DNA of 64,000 bases, from the NCBI GenBank assembly GCA_964016885.1, contig OZ024741.1, positions 254,014,001 through 254,078,000 on the forward strand. The letters are read 5' to 3'. The notes below the pieces were generated by a model. That model had not been told where the DNA came from. It was given only the letters and a program-made list of their open reading frames with translations, and did no database searches. Made by a program: the position numbers and the translations under genes. The stretch is from Eledone cirrhosa (Eukaryota). Shown here in pieces: positions 57,900-64,000 of the stretch (its first letter is position 1; each line of letters starts with the position of its first letter).

Positions 57900-58955
57900 T
57901 ATATATTCATTAATTAAGCAAAACAAGACCACAAATTTCACAAGGAAGACATTATTAAAAGATTGTCAACATATTTTAGTTTGATGTAAGGAATGTAGAG
58001 AATAAAATAATAATATTAATAATAATAATGTCCGTTTACAATTGTTTCGCTACTCCATATAATATTTCTGGATCAAATGACTATATATCATTATTGATCT
58101 GGTTCAGTTAAAAATAATTAACATATTTAAAGATAGAGCGGCTCATCGGAACTTCAAAGGAATATAAATTAAAATAAGAAAAGAATGTTACATAATGTAA
58201 TGATCCATATATTGGTATTTCACTATGGTGTCCTGAGTGTATCAATTGTCTGCCATAATCAAGCAGTATTCTTCTGCCGAGGCTGGATTGTGTGAGATCT
58301 GCCTATGGGTAACAAGATGGCCGCCAATGGACATATTTACCCTATTAATTACAGGGTGGTTTCAGGGGAAATAACTCCTCGAGAGATTAGAAAGTGTGGG
58401 TAGTTTATAGTTAAGTGCTAATTTTTTAATTTTTTAATTGAGAGACAATGTAAGGGAGGTAACTTATAATTATCTAAGTTAGTTATAGCTATTTAACTCA
58501 TTAGCTACAAGTATAAATGGGGCTAGATGACTATGTTGGGTCAAATATTCTGTTGGCGAAGGAATTAGCCCTTCGATGTTGACCGCTAATAGTTACCTCC
58601 GTTCTATCGTTAATCGGTAGAGGTCGTGATAGAGTTATGTAATATGCTTCGGTAATACAGAGATCACAAGATTTTCTTCGTCCATTGAACGGTTGGGCCC
58701 TAGCTAAGATATCCCATGTTAGTGAGTGTTCAATGTTGGTTAATTTAAGGTTTTTAATGAGCCTAGCTAGAGATGTCGAACATCTGTTGTTAGGGTCTCG
58801 GAAGGAAAAATAGTGCGCGTTATAGCGTACCTTAAAAGGGCTAGAGGTAGACCCGATATTATTTTTGTTATTTTCATAAAAATCTCCATCGTAACTAAAA
58901 ACTACAAATACTGAGAGCTTTCTACTGCTTGCTCCTGTTTTTACCAAAACAATCA
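57900..58955 (-). mobile_element. Penelope-like element 3' fragment (GIY-YIG C-terminus)
   Basis: [20 protein letters not shown]...SLARLI...WDILARA...[11 protein letters not shown]. Confidence 0.85.
58034..58152 (-). ncRNA. Degenerate hammerhead motif (U4C) with long stem II, downstream of a PLE GIY-YIG fragment
   Basis: Minus strand reads gtt-CCGATGA-gccgctctat...atggagtagc-GAAA-caattg-TA-aac. Confidence 0.45.
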
Positions 58956-58971
58956 TATATATATTATTATA

Positions 58972-59070
<99 letters not shown>

Positions 59071-59123
59071 TTTATATATATATATATATACACACATATA
59101 TATATATATATACATATATATAT

Positions 59124-59201
<78 letters not shown>

Positions 59202-59687
59202 TTGTCTTAATAGACATTTAAACTGTCAACAGGCTGCAGTTCGCACACACATCCCTGCTGACCATTATCACAACAACGAACCTCTTTACTACTACTACTA
59301 CTACACAGACACACACACATATTTGTCTTGAAAGACTTATTTTTCAGTGACTTCTCAATCAGCCGAGACAAATCTATATTTGGCGCAAAATCACATGACC
59401 TCTACCGACCAATCAAAATTGTTTTGACCACAAGAATTTTTTCATACATCTGGAGCCACTTTTTTTTTACATAAAACAGGTAGAATTTCCAAAACTAATC
59501 AGATTAGAGCAAACATCACGGGCGCTCTATCTCAAAATTATTTTTCAAAAGCATTAGAAATGCGCAACCGGTAAAACTTAAAACAAAAACTGAATACTAA
59601 CCAATACTATTACTAATTTTTACTTATTCCTAATTAAACTATTTTTCACTGGGAACAATTTGTCAGCATTTTCTTTTCCTTTTACCA

Positions 59688-59768
<81 letters not shown>

Positions 59769-59861
59769 TATGTATATATGTATGCGTGTGTGTGTGTGTA
59801 TATATATATAGAGAGAGAGTGACAGAGAGAGGGAGAGACAGAGAGAGAGAGAGAGAGAGAG

Positions 59862-60165
59862 ATTTAAAGGTGTCGAAGGGAGTGTTGCAGCATATATACA
59901 AACTTTATTTGCATATTACAATTATTTCGACATCGATCAGTTCAGGGTACAATCAAGGTGATGGGGCCCAACACTTTTTCGACATCTCGTCAGATTGCGA
60001 GCTTATATGTGCAAATACACATCTAAGCTCTTCGACTCTTTTAAATCTATTTACACTCTGCACACTACAGCCGTAACACTGGAATACAACCCAAACAAGA
60101 AGGACCTCGTAACAGCATTGGATGCTTCGAATGGTGCACCGCCTGTAACTGTTGTTACACACCTA
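59862..60165. mobile_element. Unclassified microsatellite-embedded repeat, homologous (inverted) to 18185-18320
   Basis: tctatttacactctgcaca.tacagc...ggacct.gtaacagcatt...gttacac is shared. Minus-strand CTGACGA-gatgtc-GAAA remnant at ~59975-59991. Confidence 0.55.
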
Positions 60166-60178
60166 ACACACACACACA

Positions 60179-60244
<66 letters not shown>

Positions 60245-60247
<3 letters not shown>

Positions 60248-61158
60248 GGTGTTCGGGATAAATTTGACAGAATAATATTTGGTTGTTTTTTCAGATGTTT
60301 TAAATTCATTCATGCCCACTAGGCTTTATTTGAAAGTTTAAACCCTCCTTCATTCATATATGTGATGACAACGAGAATGGATGACTGGGAGCCACCTGAA
60401 TCATGGAAGAGAGTAACTTGTATCATAATGATTCGCGCCGGCCATCAAAATAAGGAGATTATGGTCGCTGCTCAATGCTCCCTGAACACTGTAAAAACAA
60501 TCCGGCATGAACTGGAGAATTGCAATGGAGACTACGAGGCTGTGGCTAGAAGAAAGAAGCATAACAGAAGATCTGATTGCTCTCGCACAGCAGAATTCCT
60601 CGAAAATCTGCAGAAAAAAGTGTTGGAGGACCCTGGCATCGGAATTCGGTCTTTGTCGCATGAATTGAAGCCCTGGATAACAAGGGTAGCCAACAATAGG
60701 CCGTATGTATGGCAGCTGGATTCGGCCCCCTGCCACACCTCGGGGAAAAGTCAAAAATGGTTGTCAGCCAAGTTTTACGACTACACCAGTCCCAATGTTT
60801 GGCCTCCGAACTCCCCTGATCTTAACCCGATGGACTATTATAGTATGGGGCGCTGTAGAGAAAGACACCAATCGCCGTGCCAGTACTACAAAAGCCCAGT
60901 TAATCGACAGAATTAAAGTAGTTTTTGAGGGCCTTCCCAGGCAAAGTGTAAAATCAGCTTGCTCTAGGTTCCGGGCCCGGATTGAGGCTGTAATAGACGC
61001 TAATGGAGGTTATAATGGAGGTTATTTTGAGTAAAACTCTTTGACAATAGTGTAATTTCCTTCTCCATTGAATTTCTTTTAAACCAAATAAATTTTGTAG
61101 ATACCAAGCACTTTTTCTTTTTCCTGATGAAACTGTCAAATTTATCCCGAACACCCTG
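60245..61158 (+). mobile_element. Tc1/mariner transposon, DD37D (maT) type, internally deleted, 914 bp
   Basis: Perfect 26-bp TIRs cagggtgttcgggataaatttgacag with TA flanks. QLDSAPCH...WPPNSPDLNPMDY has 37 residues between the second and third Asp. Frameshift near 60840. Confidence 0.92.
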
Positions 61159-61168
61159 TATATATGCA

Positions 61169-61235
<67 letters not shown>

Positions 61236-61419
61236 GGTAGTAACACGACTAAATAAAATTAATCTGTTAGTTGAGGTTTTAAAAAAAAATTCTGAATGGG
61301 TGGGAAAAAGGATGAGTATTGACGTACATGGGACACGAATCGTCATCTTTGTTTGCTGGACCCAATGTGCTACCATTACACCAATACGTCACCCATACTT
61401 TCTTCCATTCAAACTAGAA

Positions 61420-61610
61420 GGGCGGTGGATTGGCAGTATCAGTAGAGAGTCGGACGCTATGCTTTGACGCATAGAGTTACAGCCCTTGCCATTCTGAGTT
61501 TGAATCGCACCGAGGTTAACTTTGCCTTTCATCCTTACGGGGTCGACAAAATACCAGTAATGTACTGGATAATTGCTGGCCTTGTGCCAAAAAGTAGAAA
61601 CAATTATTAT
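61420..61610 (+). mobile_element. SINE copy
   Basis: ggcggtggattggcagtatc head through the gtagaaacaattattat tail. Confidence 0.85.
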
Positions 61611-61613
61611 AGC

Positions 61614-61659
<46 letters not shown>

Positions 61660-61685
61660 CGGGTAGAAACAATTATTATAGCATG

Positions 61686-61768
<83 letters not shown>

Positions 61769-61934
61769 CGGGTACGACTTCTGTTTTTAGCCTAAGAAAA
61801 TATCTATATGCGTGTGTAATTAATACACGCATACATTTATTTTTTTAATTTCAATTGAGTTCTTAACACGTTGGATTGATAATCTTTTTTGAAAAAACTA
61901 ATTAACCCGCGTGAATATTATTTTTTCTTTTCTC

Positions 61935-62072
61935 GTGTATTGGTTATCTCCCCTTCCCGCTTCGTGACGCTATAATACTTCCTCAGTCAAAAACTGCTGG
62001 AATTTCAAATTTGGCGGTCATTCGATGCGTGAAGGAGCAGCTTAGCAGACACGTTTTTTAACTGCGGTAAGA
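61935..62072 (+). promoter_or_regulatory. Candidate promoter and first exon of a downstream gene
   Basis: Locally CpG-rich. Contains TGACG, TCAGT at 61983, TTTCAAATTTGGCGG (CHR plus E2F-like) at 62003-62017, and donor GCG|GTAAGA at 62066/7. Confidence 0.45.
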
Positions 62073-62406
62073 ATTTTTTCTTATATCAAAGTTTAATGGG
62101 CTTCCACTGATGATTTATAAACGCCCACCTAAATATATTCTTACATGAATATATGTTAGGCTTCTACATAAACTGGAAACATTCTCCTAATTTGTAGAAA
62201 ACTTATAACGAAACAATTGTTTGGAAAGAGAGATATATTTTAACTTTAAATATATCTCATAAAATAATACAACTGGCTTTCCACATAATACATATAGTTA
62301 GCACCCCAAACACTTAAATTGGGTTTATACTAACATATAACCTAATGTTTGTTGAGTGAGATGGTTGCCCGTCAGAGTTTAGCTTTAAGCTATCTCTGTT
62401 ATTGTA

Positions 62407-62521
<115 letters not shown>

Positions 62522-62645
62522 AGGCTTTGTTTATAAACAGCAAGCGAAGTTTGAAAAATAGGTAGTAATATATATATGTATATGTCCCAAGGCTCTAAAA
62601 CCATCAACACTATAAACACAGAGCTGGCTAAGTAAGAACTGACTA

Positions 62646-62701
62646 ACTGCCTGATGGGGTCATAGCCTTTCAATAGCTATCATCGAAATATATATAGTAG
62701 T
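62646..62701 (+). ncRNA. Hammerhead motif with A9G core change (probably inactive)
   Basis: actgc-CTGATGG-ggtcatagc...gctatcatc-GAAA-tatata-TA-gtagt. All three stems can form. Confidence 0.55.
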
Positions 62702-62742
62702 AAATAAAGGATTATGAGTTCATGCAATTGACTTATGTTTCG

Positions 62743-62797
<55 letters not shown>

Positions 62798-62940
62798 ATA
62801 TGTGTGTGTGTTGTGTGTGTGTCCAGGGTAAGGGTAAGCACCTCATTTGGTCATAAATTACAGCTGTAACTCCCATGAGTTACAGCTCTCCTTGAGAGCT
62901 GTAACTCATGGGAGTTGCAGCTCTCCTTGTTTGCCTCAGA

Positions 62941-62995
<55 letters not shown>

Positions 62996-63397
62996 TGTTT
63001 TAATATGATATGAGCCTATCTGTAATATGAAGTTACTTTTCCCATGTATTTATGTTGATGCTTATGGCAATATTTGTATTCATGATGATATGTAGACCAG
63101 CAGACTAATGCCCAATATATATTGAGGTATGACCAGCTGTTATACATTGAAACGTACATAGAGTAAAATTGTGTTATAAGTACAAATTGGTTAAACTTTG
63201 AGCTCTGCAGTTTGTGCCATAACAGTCTATAACGTAATCTACAGAGGTTGAAAAATTCAACCTTTTTGGATTACCGATTGACCAAGGATACTCATTAGCA
63301 TTGAGTTTCTATAATCTTTACCAGGACATATATTGGTAAACTCCAATATAACCTAACATATACTATATATATATATTCTCACACACACACACACACG

Positions 63398-63456
<59 letters not shown>

Positions 63457-63468
63457 TCACACACACAC

Positions 63469-63514
<46 letters not shown>

Positions 63515-63527
63515 TCACACACACACG

Positions 63528-63560
<33 letters not shown>

Positions 63561-63711
63561 ATAAGAGGTTCATGGGACTAGTATAACGTTTCCCTGCTAG
63601 TACTGGTTGCATTTCAGCGTACTCAATGGGTAAGGTTATGTAAAAATCCCAGAGTAGACACAAAGTTATTTGCCTCAATGCAACACACGTAAATGGGTAC
63701 AATTAATTTAT

Positions 63712-63826
63712 ACACGTACTCGAGTTTCAGCCACACTTAATGCAGTAAGAGAGTATACAGCATCTACTATCTGCATTCATTATGCAATAATGCACAATCT
63801 GCACATGTGGCTTTATCAGCAGTCCT
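63712..63826 (-). ncRNA. Degenerate hammerhead motif (G8A) with long stem II
   Basis: Minus strand reads CTGATAA-agccaca...tgtggct-GAAA-ctcgag-TA. Stem I is poorly paired. Confidence 0.4.
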
Positions 63827-64000
63827 CACTTAATCAATGACCAATCAATTGACAGGATTTGATTCCAGTCTGTGTTGGCTATGGCAGTAAATGCAACAGG
63901 TGACACAGTAGTACATTAGTAACTAGAATCCCTATGCCTCATCACAATACCATCAACAGAATGGCCACTGGTTCAGAAATTTACGTGATGGCTAGGAGTC

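Noticed and set aside
59862-60165. Possible PLE RT coding remnant (QGT..MGP)
   Set aside because: The peptide similarity is weak, and the homology to the non-coding repeat at 18185-18320 explains it better.
63365-63555. Triplicated attctc(CA)n-cg-(TA)n block
   Set aside because: Compound microsatellite slippage or an assembly artefact, with no further structure.

Overview
Repeat-rich, AT-rich eukaryotic DNA, most likely an octopus or other coleoid cephalopod. This is inferred from the tRNA-derived SINE family, (TA)n/(CA)n arrays, RTE LINEs and clustered C2H2 genes. There are two clear + strand protein-coding genes: a spliced 451-aa C2H2 zinc-finger gene (CDS exons 11086-11478, 12781-13066, 14723-15399) and a single-exon 510-aa gene with 15 fingers (36107-37639). 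A candidate promoter and first exon of a third gene lies near 62 kb. The rest is mobile DNA: SINE clusters, RTE, R4/Dong-like and CR1-like LINE relics, a zone of Penelope-like elements (PLEs) at 42-60 kb, Helitron-like units, a DD37D (maT) mariner and MITEs. Two observations stand out. First, a set of hammerhead-ribozyme motifs sits at PLE 3' ends and in short (TA)n-embedded cassettes, including one sense-strand intronic copy locked inside a perfect 54-bp foldback. Second, both ZNF genes share a parallel layout: CT-rich leader, distant GTAAGT first exon, SINE stack before the last acceptor, then a CA-rich 3' satellite directly followed by AATAAA. Most short ORFs in the supplied track are microsatellite artefacts. 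All calls were made by eye, and repeat boundaries are approximate.
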